Shown here piece after piece: positions 49,441 through 58,633 of a stretch of DNA of 64,000 bases. The DNA comes from an uncultured Acidobacteriota bacterium (GTDB lineage Bacteria; Acidobacteriota; Thermoanaerobaculia; Multivoradales; UBA5704): NCBI GenBank assembly GCA_963770895.1, contig CAVYRF010000002.1:4832001-4896000 (forward strand), written 5' to 3'. The position numbers were made by a program, and so were the translations under genes. The notes under the pieces are model-generated. The model was not told where the DNA came from. It saw only the letters and a list, made by a program, of their open reading frames with translations, and did no database searches. Position 1 is the stretch's first letter. Every line of letters starts with the position of its first letter.

Positions 49441-49506
49441 ACGCAGCAGCTTCGGTAGGTGACGACGCAGTCAGCAGTGAACCGATGGATCGGATAAGGA
49501 GAAAGA

Positions 49507-50004
49507 ATGGGCACGCCATTCCTGTCGGAGATCAAGATCATGTCCTTCGGGTTCGCCCCCAAGGGTTGGGCGTTGTGTAACGGCCAACTGCTTCCGATCA
49601 ACCAGAACCAGGCCCTGTTTTCCTTGTTGGGCACCACCTACGGCGGCGACGGGCGGGTGAACTTCGGCCTGCCGAACCTGCAGGGGAACGTGGCCACCCA
49701 CTTCGGCGCCGGCATGACCCTGGGCGAGCGGGGCGGCGAGCAGGCCCACACGCTGTCGATCAGCGAGATCCCGACGCACGTCCACACCGCCCAGGCCACC
49801 ACCAACAACAGCACCTTCACCGACACCGCCTCGCCCAACATCTTCGGGCCGGCCAAGATCTACGGCAGCGCCACCAGCCTGACGTCGCTCCTGCCGTCCA
49901 CGCTGGGGACGATCGGCGGCTCGCAGGCGCACCTGAACATGCAGCCCTTCCTGGTGCTCTCCTTCTGTATCGCCCTCCAGGGCATCTTCCCGTCGCAAAC
50001 TTGA
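49507..50004 (+). CDS. Phage tail-collar domain / MdpB-like protein 1
   Basis: PFLSEIKIMSFGFAPKGWALCNGQLLPINQNQALFSLLGTTYGGDG..FGLPNLQG; HVH; H.NMQPFL...CIALQGIFP. Confidence 0.92.
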   Translation: MGTPFLSEIKIMSFGFAPKGWALCNGQLLPINQNQALFSLLGTTYGGDGRVNFGLPNLQGNVATHFGAGMTLGERGGEQAHTLSISEIPTHVHTAQATTNNSTFTDTASPNIFGPAKIYGSATSLTSLLPSTLGTIGGSQAHLNMQPFLVLSFCIALQGIFPSQT

Positions 50005-50017
50005 GGAGCGACCTGCC

Positions 50018-50527
50018 ATGTCCCAACCATACGTAGGCGAGATTCGCATGTTCGCCGGCAACTTCGCGCCGGCGGGGTGGATGTTCACCGAGGGGCAGCT
50101 GCTGCCGATCTCCGAATACGAAACCCTGTTCAACCTCATCGGCACCACCTACGGCGGCGACGGCCAGAGCACCTTCGCCCTTCCCGACCTGCGCGGGCGC
50201 CTGCCCGTCCACCAGGGCAACGGCTTCACACTGGCGGAAACCGGCGGCGTCGAGACGGTGACGCTTTCCATACCGCAGATCCCCGCCCACAGCCATCCCT
50301 ACCTGGCGACCACCACTGCGGGCGACTCCGCGGTGCCCAACAACAACGTGTTGGGCACGCAGTCGGTGGCCGGCAACCTGCTGTACACGCCGGCGGCGGG
50401 GACCCTGCCGATGGCCGCCACGGCGATCACCGCGACCGGCGGCAGCCAGCCGCACGACAACTTCCAGCCCTATCTCTGCATCGACTTCATCATCTCGCTG
50501 TTCGGCGTGTTCCCGTCGCCAACCTGA
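50018..50527 (+). CDS. Phage tail-collar domain / MdpB-like protein 2
   Basis: PYVGEIRMFAGNFAPAGW...GQLLPI...LF.LIGTTYGGDG..FALPDLRGR; HSH; PHDNFQPYL. Confidence 0.92.
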   Translation: MSQPYVGEIRMFAGNFAPAGWMFTEGQLLPISEYETLFNLIGTTYGGDGQSTFALPDLRGRLPVHQGNGFTLAETGGVETVTLSIPQIPAHSHPYLATTTAGDSAVPNNNVLGTQSVAGNLLYTPAAGTLPMAATAITATGGSQPHDNFQPYLCIDFIISLFGVFPSPT

Positions 50528-50537
50528 GGAAACGGCC

Positions 50538-51065
50538 ATGGCAAATCCATTCGTCGCAGAGATCCGCATCTTCCCGTTCAACTTCGCGCCCACCGGCTGG
50601 GCGTTCTGCAACGGCCAGATCCTGCCGCTGTCGCAGAACACCGCTCTGTTCTCGCTGCTCGGCACGACCTACGGCGGCGACGGCAAGTCCAACTTTGCCC
50701 TGCCCAACATGCAGGGCAACTCGCCCATGCATCCCGGCCAGGGGCCCGGCCTCAGCCTGCACGACCTGGGCGAAACCGGCGGCAGCAACACGGTGACGCT
50801 GCTCGAGTCCGAGATCCCTTCGCACAGCCACCAGATCATGACGTTCGGCGCCCAGGCGACCGCGCCGGCGCCGGCGCCCAACGAGGGGCTGAGCCGCTCC
50901 CGCGGCGTGATGGCGTACTCCACCACCACCACCGCGTCCCTGGTGCAGATGTCCCCCAACACGGTGGCGCCGGCCGGCGGCGACCAGCCGCACAACAACC
51001 TGCAGCCCTACCTGACGCTCAACTTCTGCATCGCGCTGCAGGGCGTCTACCCGCCGCGCACCTAG
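50538..51065 (+). CDS. Phage tail-collar domain / MdpB-like protein 3
   Basis: PFVAEIRIFPFNFAPTGWAFCNGQILPLSQNTALFSLLGTTYGGDG..FALP; HSH; PHNNLQPYL.LNFCIALQG. Confidence 0.92.
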   Translation: MANPFVAEIRIFPFNFAPTGWAFCNGQILPLSQNTALFSLLGTTYGGDGKSNFALPNMQGNSPMHPGQGPGLSLHDLGETGGSNTVTLLESEIPSHSHQIMTFGAQATAPAPAPNEGLSRSRGVMAYSTTTTASLVQMSPNTVAPAGGDQPHNNLQPYLTLNFCIALQGVYPPRT

Positions 51066-51293
51066 ACCCGGCCGCGCGTCGCATCGCAGAGCCGGATCGC
51101 GCTTCCGCAAAGCGATCCCGCGCCATCCCGGCGCCCGTGGGCAGCACCGCCGCGGGCGCCGTGTTGCTTTTGCGGTTGGTCGATGCCCGGCGCCGCCGCG
51201 GGTGCGGGCGGCGCCAGGCGGCGCAGGGGAGCGCAGGGTACGCGGGACGTCGTGCGGCGGCGGGTGCGTTTGGCGCGCCGGTCGGCGCCGGGG

Positions 51294-52871
51294 TCAGGGC
51301 GGGTTGCCGGAGTCGGCGAGGCCGATGCCGAGGGTGGCCAGCAGGTCGCCGCGCACCGCCAGCAGGCCGACGCGCGCGTCGAGCAGGCCCGCGGCGGCCT
51401 TGATCTCCTCTTCGCGGGCGTCGGCCAGGGCGGCCTCGCGGCTGTCCTGGGCGTCCGGCTGGGCGCGCCCCTCGGCGGCCAGGGCGCCGCTGATGCGCAG
51501 GTCTTCTTCGGCGACGGCGCTGGCCTGGCGGGCGATGTCGAGCCCGGCGCGGGCCTGGTCCAGGGTCGCTTCGGCGCGGTGGACGTCGATCGCCAGCTGC
51601 TCGACGCGGGCGCCGCGCTGCTGCTTGAGCTGTTCGATGTTGGCGTCGCTGCGGGCGATGCCGTCGCGCTGCCGGCCGCCGGTCCACAGCGGGTAGGAGA
51701 GCGCCAGGGCGACGCTCCAGTCGTCTTCGCGGAACTTGACGTAAAATTGGTCGACGCCGTTGGCGCGCGACAGGCGCGAATACTGCGCCTCGGCGTCGAC
51801 GGTGAGCGGCGACAGCCACCCGTCGCGCTGCTCGCGGGCGCGGGTCAGCAGCGCGATCTGGTGGTCCAAGCCGTGCAGGGTGACGTCGGCGGCCAGCGCC
51901 GCCGCCAGGTTCGGGTCCGGCGGGGCAGGAGGGCTTTCCGCACCGGGTGTGGGGGGGGCCGGCGCGGTGGCGGCGGGCGGCGTGGTGTTCGCCGGGTTCG
52001 CCGGGTTTGCTGAGCTCGCCGGCGCGGCGGGATCCGGAAGGTCGGCCAGTGGATCGGTGGGGAGGTCGAGCGCGGCGCCGGCGGGCAGGCCCAGGCGCCG
52101 GCGCAGCTCCCATTGGTCGGCGTCGCGCGCCGACACGACCTCCAGGCGGCGCAGGCGGGCCTTGGCTTCGCGCAGGCGCGCCTGGGCCAGGTCGAGGTCG
52201 GTGGACCGCCCCTCGGCGTGCAGGTCGGCGGCGCGGCGGCTCATCGCCTCGCAGGCGGCCAGGCGGCGGTCGGCGGCGGCGACGAGCTGCTGGCCGCTCC
52301 AGGCGCGGGCGTACAGGGCGGCGACGGTTCGCGCCGTGGTGACGCGCGTCCGCAGCCAGGTCGCCTGCGTCACCGCGGTGGTGGCGCGCGCCGAAAACCC
52401 CTTGGCGCGCTGCTCGTTGTTGTACAGCAGCTGGTGCACGCCGACGCTGGCCACCGCCGGCACCTGGCCGGCCACCGCCACCGGCAGCCCGCGGCCAATG
52501 CCCGGCGTCGAGCTGACGCCCGCTTCGGGCCGGAAAGCGTCGGCCACGACGCGCGCGGCGGCGTCGTCGGCAGCCGCCGCGGCCGCCGCGGCCGCCACCT
52601 CGGGATCGTTGCCCAGCCCGAGCGCGGTCGCCCGCCGCAGGGACAGCGTGCCGCTGCCGTCCGCTGCCGTCGGTGCAGACGGATTCGGTTGGGCCGCGAC
52701 GACGCCCCCCGTGGCGGTCGCGGCGAATGTAGGGAGCGGCACGGCCAGGGTGGCCAACAGTGCGGTGACGATGACGGCGGCGACGGCGGCGGCGGCGGCC
52801 GGCGACCGGCGGTGGGCGGCGCGGCGAGGCGCGGCCGGCATGACCGGTGCAGGGCGTTGGCGGTCATTCAT
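51294..52871 (-). CDS. TolC-family outer membrane efflux protein
   Basis: Signal peptide; LSLRRA..L.L.N.PE; helical repeats; WSVAL.LSYPLWTGG; last gene of an efflux operon. Confidence 0.8.
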   Translation of the reverse strand: MNDRQRPAPVMPAAPRRAAHRRSPAAAAAVAAVIVTALLATLAVPLPTFAATATGGVVAAQPNPSAPTAADGSGTLSLRRATALGLGNDPEVAAAAAAAAADDAAARVVADAFRPEAGVSSTPGIGRGLPVAVAGQVPAVASVGVHQLLYNNEQRAKGFSARATTAVTQATWLRTRVTTARTVAALYARAWSGQQLVAAADRRLAACEAMSRRAADLHAEGRSTDLDLAQARLREAKARLRRLEVVSARDADQWELRRRLGLPAGAALDLPTDPLADLPDPAAPASSANPANPANTTPPAATAPAPPTPGAESPPAPPDPNLAAALAADVTLHGLDHQIALLTRAREQRDGWLSPLTVDAEAQYSRLSRANGVDQFYVKFREDDWSVALALSYPLWTGGRQRDGIARSDANIEQLKQQRGARVEQLAIDVHRAEATLDQARAGLDIARQASAVAEEDLRISGALAAEGRAQPDAQDSREAALADAREEEIKAAAGLLDARVGLLAVRGDLLATLGIGLADSGNPP

Positions 52872-54102
52872 GGCGCAGGGCCTCCACCGGGTTCATGTTG
52901 GCGGCGCGCAGGGCGGGGACCAGGCCGAACAGCACCGTCACGCCGCAGGAGAAGACGAAGGCCAGGACCGCGGCCACCGCCGACACCTGGATCTTGAAGT
53001 TCTGGATCAGCAGGCGCGCGGCGATCGGCAGGGCGAGGCCGCCGACGACGCCCAGCAGCGACCCCAGCGACCCCAGGAGCAGCGCTTCGAGCAGGAACTG
53101 GTGCAGGATGTCGCGCCGGCGCGCGCCGACGGAGATGCGCAAGCCGATTTCGCGGGTGCGCTGCTCGACCGAGGCGAGCAGGATGTTCATGATGCCGACG
53201 CCGCCGACCACCACCGACACCGCGGCGACCAGGATGAACACCAGCAGCAGGCCGACCGAGATGGTGTTGGCGACGCGCACCACGGCGCTCATGCTGGTCA
53301 CGTTGTACTGCGAGCCGGGGTGGTGGCGCTCGCGCAGGATCTGCTCGACGGCCGAGACTGCCAGCGGCATCTCGTCGAAGTCGTAGACCTGGGCGAACAG
53401 GGTGTCGATGCGGTGCGACTGGGTGAAGAACCAGCTGGTGGTGATGGGGACGAAGATGGTGTCGGGGGTGACGTCGCCCTGGCCCAGGGTGTCCACCGGC
53501 TCGACGAATTCGCCGATCACCGAAAAGGTCAGCCCGAGCGTATGGATGGTCTTGCCGGCGAGCTGGTCGTCGCCCGGCCACAGCTGGTCGTACAGGTGGC
53601 GGCTGACGATGCAGACCTTGGCCTGCTCGCTCACGTCGTCTTCGTCGAGGAAGCGGCCGAGCAGCACGGTGAGGTTCTTGCGCACCACCGGATAGTTGGC
53701 GGTGGTGCCCAGCACGGTGAGGTTGAGGCTGCGCGCCTGCACCGCCACCTCGCCGTGCAGGATGGCGAGCGGCGTCACGCCGGCGAACAGGTCGTGGCGG
53801 CCCGCCACCGCCGTGGCGTCGGTGTCGCGGATGAAGTCGTCTTCCATCCGCGCCTGGCCGGCGCTGGTGGTGCCGACGTAGGTGGCCCACAGCAGGTGGG
53901 AGCCGACGCCCTCGATCTGCGACATGACGAAGCTGCGGCCGGTGAGGCCCAGCGCCACCACGACGATGATCGCCGCGGTGCCGACGAACAGGCCGATCAG
54001 GGTGAGCCAGGTCTGCAACGGGTTGGTGTGAAAGCGCTGCAGGGCGCTTTCGACCACCTCGGGGCGGGGCAGCCAATCAATGCGGTTTGGCTTCGACGAC
54101 AC
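52864..54102 (-). CDS. MacB/FtsX-like ABC permease without fused ATPase (start uncertain)
   Basis: LTLIGLFVGTAAII, GRFL, SVVVGGVGIMNILLASVEQRTREIGLR.SVGA, PALRAANMNPVEALRHE. Confidence 0.9.
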   Translation of the reverse strand: MSSKPNRIDWLPRPEVVESALQRFHTNPLQTWLTLIGLFVGTAAIIVVVALGLTGRSFVMSQIEGVGSHLLWATYVGTTSAGQARMEDDFIRDTDATAVAGRHDLFAGVTPLAILHGEVAVQARSLNLTVLGTTANYPVVRKNLTVLLGRFLDEDDVSEQAKVCIVSRHLYDQLWPGDDQLAGKTIHTLGLTFSVIGEFVEPVDTLGQGDVTPDTIFVPITTSWFFTQSHRIDTLFAQVYDFDEMPLAVSAVEQILRERHHPGSQYNVTSMSAVVRVANTISVGLLLVFILVAAVSVVVGGVGIMNILLASVEQRTREIGLRISVGARRRDILHQFLLEALLLGSLGSLLGVVGGLALPIAARLLIQNFKIQVSAVAAVLAFVFSCGVTVLFGLVPALRAANMNPVEALRHE

Positions 54103-55375
54103 GGGCGTCTTCCACAAGCGTGGGCGGTCCCTCGATGACCACCCTCTCACCCTCCCGCAGGCCCTGCAGGATCTCCACCTGGTAGAGACCGATCAGGCCG
54201 ACCGACACCTGGCGGCGGCGGGCGTGGCCCTGGTCGATGGCGTAGACGTAGCGCGCCGGCGTCGGCGCGGTGCCGCGATCGTCGCCGCTCGCGGCGGTCC
54301 CCGCGGCGGTCGAGCCGTCGGGCAGGCCGCCGTCGTGGTCGGTTTCGCGGTGCAGCGCCGAGCGCGGGATGCTGAGCACCGCCTGCTTTTGCGCGATCAC
54401 CACCTGGACGTCGACGGCGGCGTTGGCCGGCAGGCTGTGCACCGGATCGGCCAGCTCGCCGAGGATTTCGCCCACCTCGCGGCCGCCGGCTTCGCGCAGG
54501 CCGGTGCCGACCCGCCGCACCGTGCCGTCCCATTGGCGGTCGGGCAGGCCGTTGAAGGTGACGATGAGCCGCTGGCCGACGGCGACGCGCGGCAGATCCG
54601 GCTGGTCGACGCGGCAGCGCACGTGCGGGTGGTCCGGATCGGTGACGCTCGCCACCAGCTGGCCGGGGGTGACCTTTTCGCCGGCGGTGCGCGGCAGGCC
54701 GTAGACCATGCCGGCGGCGGGGGCGCGCACGACCAGCGCCGCCACGCGCCGCTCCAGGTCGGTGGCGGCGCTCTGGGCCAGCGCCAGGCGGGAGCCGCCG
54801 CGGCCGGCCGGGCCGGGATCGGCGGCGGCGGCGCCGGTGGCGGCGGTGGCGCCGGCGGTGGCGGGCGGGCGGTGCAGCGAATCGAGGCGCGCGGCGGCGT
54901 CGCGGGCGCGGTCCTGCGCCTGCTCCAGGGCCAGCTGGTCGGCGTCGACGGTGGCGCGGTCGATCGCCCCCTGGGCGAGCAGCCGGCGGTCGGCGGCGAC
55001 CTGCTGGCGGCGGTAGTCGGCTTCGTGCCGCTCGCGGTCCAGGTCGGCGGCCGCCCCCGCGGCGTCGGACCCCAGCTGGCTGACTGCGGCGCGCGCGTCG
55101 CGGGCGTGCCCCACCAGGTCGGGATTGTCCAGCGTCAGCAGGACCTGGCCGGGGCGCACCGTGTCGCCTTCGTGGACGGCGAGCGAGGCGACGGTGCCGC
55201 CGTCGGCGGAGCGCAGCTCGCCGCCTTCGGGCGGCTCCAGCCGGCCGTCGCAGAGCACCCGCACCAGCAGGTCGCCGCGGGTGACCGGCGCCGTCTGCAC
55301 CGGCACCGCGCGGCGGCGCCAGACGACGATGCCGATCGCCACGGCGATCGCCGCCACGATCAGCAGCACCGCCAC
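54077..55375 (-). CDS. Efflux periplasmic adaptor (MacA/HlyD family)
   Basis: N-terminal TM, V.EGDTVRPGQVL, coiled coil, VRAP..G.V, C-terminal V.VG......VEIL.GL.EGE.VV. Confidence 0.88.
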   Translation of the reverse strand: MAVLLIVAAIAVAIGIVVWRRRAVPVQTAPVTRGDLLVRVLCDGRLEPPEGGELRSADGGTVASLAVHEGDTVRPGQVLLTLDNPDLVGHARDARAAVSQLGSDAAGAAADLDRERHEADYRRQQVAADRRLLAQGAIDRATVDADQLALEQAQDRARDAAARLDSLHRPPATAGATAATGAAAADPGPAGRGGSRLALAQSAATDLERRVAALVVRAPAAGMVYGLPRTAGEKVTPGQLVASVTDPDHPHVRCRVDQPDLPRVAVGQRLIVTFNGLPDRQWDGTVRRVGTGLREAGGREVGEILGELADPVHSLPANAAVDVQVVIAQKQAVLSIPRSALHRETDHDGGLPDGSTAAGTAASGDDRGTAPTPARYVYAIDQGHARRRQVSVGLIGLYQVEILQGLREGERVVIEGPPTLVEDARVVEAKPH

Positions 55376-55461
55376 GGCGGCGCGGCGCCAGGGGCGCCGG
55401 CGGCGCCGCTCCGGCCGCTCGGAGGGGTGTCCGAGGAGCGGTGGGGTCGGGCGGTCGGCGC

Positions 55462-58362
55462 TCAGAACTGAACCGTCAGACCGAATCGCAGCAGGCGCGG
55501 GTCGCTACGCAGGATCGGCTGGCCATAGGTGGGGTTGGTCTGGGTGCCGTTGTCGGACTGGAAGCCGTCTTCGTTGAAGAACGGGTTGACGCGCAGCACG
55601 GTCTGGTGGTTGAACACGCGGAACAGGTCCAGAACGGCGTCGACGCGCACCGGGCCGGCGAGGATGGGGTAGTCGGCGTGCAGGTCCATGTCCCAATCCG
55701 CCGGTGTCCGGCCGTTGCTGCCGCGCGGGTCCAGGAACAGCGGCACCGGCTCGCCGTTGACCAGCGCAAACGAGCCGAGTTTATCGATCGGGATGCCGCT
55801 ACGGAAGTAGGCATTGATGCCGGCGTTCAGACCCCACGGGAAAGTGTAGAAGCCGGTCAGCTTCGCCTGGTTGGGCCGGTCGTTGGCCAGGATGCCGTAG
55901 GCGTTCTGCAGCAGCCCCGGATAGTCGAAGTCGAAGCTGTTGTGGGGGGTGGCTTCGCCCAGCTCGTTGTAGTCGCCGTCGTAGTTGCCGCGCAGGCGCG
56001 AATAGGTGTAGGACGCGAGCACCCAGGTGCCGGGCGAAAAGTGCTGCTCGGCCGACAGGATCACCGCTTCGTAGGTGCGGCGCGCCCGCGGCAGCGGCTC
56101 GCACCCTTCGCTGGCGCGCCCCTCGGTGGGGTTGAGGCCGTTGGTGCACAGCAGCGGGCCGCTGAAGCCGGGCGGCAGCTGGGCGTCGCTGAAGTCGCCC
56201 AGGCCCCAGGGGCTGAGGCCCGGATTCACCAGGGCGCAGCCGTTGGAGGTCAAGGCCAGGGCGGCGGCGTTTCCCTGCAGGTCGCAGCGGTCCTCGACCG
56301 CGCGCAGCAGGTTGGAGTAGACGCCGGTGATGCCGACGGTCAGGTCCTTGGTCAGGCTGCGCTTGTAGCCGAGGTTCCACTCCTCCTGCTCGGGCGCCTT
56401 GAGCTTGGGGTCGGCGGGCTCGGTGGTGGTGTTGGGGAAGCTCTGGCAGTTGACCGAGGTGGGACCGCAATCGAAGGTGAAACCGGCCACGTCGGTGATG
56501 CTCAGGTTGGTGCCTTGAAAGGCGCCGGCCTGGATGTTGAGCGGCAGAGCTTCGTAGAACAGGCCGTAGGACAGGCTCACCTTCGACTTGCCGTCGGACA
56601 TCGGGTCCCAGGCCAGGCCCAGGCGCGGCGCGTAGTTGCCGGACAGGTCGGTGATCGTGGCGCCGGTCACCGCGTCCTTGAGGATGAACTGGTCGTAGCG
56701 CAGGCCGGCGTTGACCGTCAGGTTGGGCAGCGCGTTCCAGGTGTCCTGGGCGAAGAGCGCCAGGTTGTCGGTCTTGGGGTTGCCGGACACCGAGGGCACC
56801 ACGTGACCGGAGCCGAAGTCGCCGGTCGAGTCGCCGAACCAGTTCTGGGTGTAGAGGGTGGTGCCGTTGGCCAGAGCGCTCACCACGCGGTCGTAGCCGC
56901 CGGGGATCTGCTGGGTGACGGTGCCGGACAGGATCTGATAGTCGATGCCGACCTTCACCTGGTGCGGTCCGAAAAAGCCGGTCATCGAGCCCTTGGCGTC
57001 GCGCCGCGAATAGTCTTCCTCGACCAGCGGCGTGCTGCCGGGCAGCGGGATGAACACCCACGGAGCGCCGGTGTAGCAGCCGGGGAGGTTGCAGGTCGCC
57101 AGGTTGAGGGTCGGCACCTGCGCCGAGTCGCTGGTCAGGAACGGCGGCTGGAAGACCGGCGTGACGTCGTTGCGCTCGCGGTGGTCGTAGAGCGCGATCT
57201 CCGCCAGGAACTTGTCGGTGACGCCGTTGGCGATCAGCGAGAAGTCGGGGCGGCCGGTGCCGATGGTGATCTGGCGGCTTGCGGGCGGTCCGTCCTCGAC
57301 CAGCTGGGCGTTGTTGCGGCTGGGGTCGCCGATCATCGACGCCACCACGTCCACCTGGTTGGTCGGCGTCCAGGTGAGCTTGCCCGAGAACAGGTCCTGC
57401 GTCTGCTGCTGGGTAGGGAAGGTGGTGCCGTCGTAGGGGCTGCCCGAACCGGTGGTCAGCTTGGTGTCCTGGGTGCTCTGGGTGCGGTCGTAGACGCCGA
57501 AGAACCACAGGTGGTCCTTGACCAGGAAGCCGCCCAGGCTGGCGCCGTAGTCCTGGTTGTTGAAGCCGGCGAAGCTGCCGAGCGTCGAGCCCGGCTTGCC
57601 CTTGGCTTCCAGGTCCTGGTTGTCGAAGTAGCCGAACACCTCGCCCTTGAGCTTGTTGCCGCCCGAAGGGGTGATGGCGTTGATGATGCCGCCCAGGGAG
57701 TGGCCGAATTCCGCCGAGTAGTCGGCGGTCTTGACCTCGACCTGTTGCAGGAACTGCTCGGGCACCACCTTGACCGCCGAGCCGACCTTGATGCCGGTCA
57801 CGTCGACGCCGTCGATGAGGTACTGGTTTTCCAGGCCGGTGGCGCCGAACACCGAGATGTTGCCGCCGTTGTCGAGCGTCACCCCCGGTTCGAGCAGGGC
57901 GACGGCGGTGTAGTCGCGCGACAGCGGCACCTTTTCGAAGACCCCGGCGTCGATCGTGTGCGACACCTCGACCGAGTTGGGGTCGATGCGCGGCGCGACG
58001 CCGGTGACGGTCACCTGCTCGGCCAAGGCCGGCGCCAGGTGGAAATCGGCGCGCGTGGTGGCGACCAGCGACACGATCGCCGCCGTCGACTGGGCCGCGT
58101 AGCCCTGCAGCTCGGCGCGCACCGTGTAGTTGCCGGGCGGCAGAGCCGGCAGGCGATAGTAGCCGGAGCGGTCGGTTTCGCCGACTCGCGGGGTGGGAAT
58201 GGCGCCGGCCGCGGACACCGTGACGCCGGGCAGCGGCCCGCCGTCGGGTCCGACGATGCGGCCTTCGATCGCGCCGGTGGTGGTCTGGGCGGTTGCGGCG
58301 GCCGCGGCCAGGATGCAGCCGGCCAGCCACAGGCAGACGACGGATCCTCTCCTCACGCGCAT
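55462..58362 (-). CDS. TonB-dependent receptor, Oar-like, with N-terminal carboxypeptidase-regulatory-like domain
   Basis: AGGAGG RBS, signal peptide, G.IEG.I..PDG.PLPGVTV, LPPGNYTV, N.YLIDGVDVT, YSAEFG..GG, QD.W...NLT.N.GLRYD, APRLG.AWD, C-terminal Phe. Confidence 0.92.
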   Translation of the reverse strand: MRVRRGSVVCLWLAGCILAAAAATAQTTTGAIEGRIVGPDGGPLPGVTVSAAGAIPTPRVGETDRSGYYRLPALPPGNYTVRAELQGYAAQSTAAIVSLVATTRADFHLAPALAEQVTVTGVAPRIDPNSVEVSHTIDAGVFEKVPLSRDYTAVALLEPGVTLDNGGNISVFGATGLENQYLIDGVDVTGIKVGSAVKVVPEQFLQQVEVKTADYSAEFGHSLGGIINAITPSGGNKLKGEVFGYFDNQDLEAKGKPGSTLGSFAGFNNQDYGASLGGFLVKDHLWFFGVYDRTQSTQDTKLTTGSGSPYDGTTFPTQQQTQDLFSGKLTWTPTNQVDVVASMIGDPSRNNAQLVEDGPPASRQITIGTGRPDFSLIANGVTDKFLAEIALYDHRERNDVTPVFQPPFLTSDSAQVPTLNLATCNLPGCYTGAPWVFIPLPGSTPLVEEDYSRRDAKGSMTGFFGPHQVKVGIDYQILSGTVTQQIPGGYDRVVSALANGTTLYTQNWFGDSTGDFGSGHVVPSVSGNPKTDNLALFAQDTWNALPNLTVNAGLRYDQFILKDAVTGATITDLSGNYAPRLGLAWDPMSDGKSKVSLSYGLFYEALPLNIQAGAFQGTNLSITDVAGFTFDCGPTSVNCQSFPNTTTEPADPKLKAPEQEEWNLGYKRSLTKDLTVGITGVYSNLLRAVEDRCDLQGNAAALALTSNGCALVNPGLSPWGLGDFSDAQLPPGFSGPLLCTNGLNPTEGRASEGCEPLPRARRTYEAVILSAEQHFSPGTWVLASYTYSRLRGNYDGDYNELGEATPHNSFDFDYPGLLQNAYGILANDRPNQAKLTGFYTFPWGLNAGINAYFRSGIPIDKLGSFALVNGEPVPLFLDPRGSNGRTPADWDMDLHADYPILAGPVRVDAVLDLFRVFNHQTVLRVNPFFNEDGFQSDNGTQTNPTYGQPILRSDPRLLRFGLTVQF

Positions 58363-58633
58363 CCAACACCTCCTGGAAAGCAGCATCGGAACCATCGCGT
58401 TTGCGTTCGCGGATGCCACCCCGGCCGCGTCGGGTCGCGACGGCGGCGCAAGGCGATGGGCCACACGGCTATACAGCGTACACTTTGCCAGCTGCCGAAT
58501 TGTAGCACGCTCTGGCGCTTGAGTTTAGCGGCGGTTGCGCGCGGCGCCGAGGCGGCCGCGGCGGCGGCCTGGGCGCGCGCGGCGGGACCCCCGCGCCGGC
58601 CGCGGTGGGGAGGTGCGGCGGTGCGCTCCGCCG

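Noticed and set aside
41189-49519. 2776-aa minus-strand ORF
   Set aside because: Arg/Gly-rich antisense shadow of the GC3-biased giant gene; no domain signal
49507-51065. Prophage or contractile injection system
   Set aside because: No terminase, capsid, sheath, tube, baseplate, integrase or lysis gene in the window; the XRE gene is about 35 kb away
58475-58510. Sigma54-like TGGCAAAGTGTACGCT upstream of the TBDR (minus strand)
   Set aside because: Has GG-N10-GC but a poor -12 element; a nearby TGCTACAAT extended -10 is an equally good explanation
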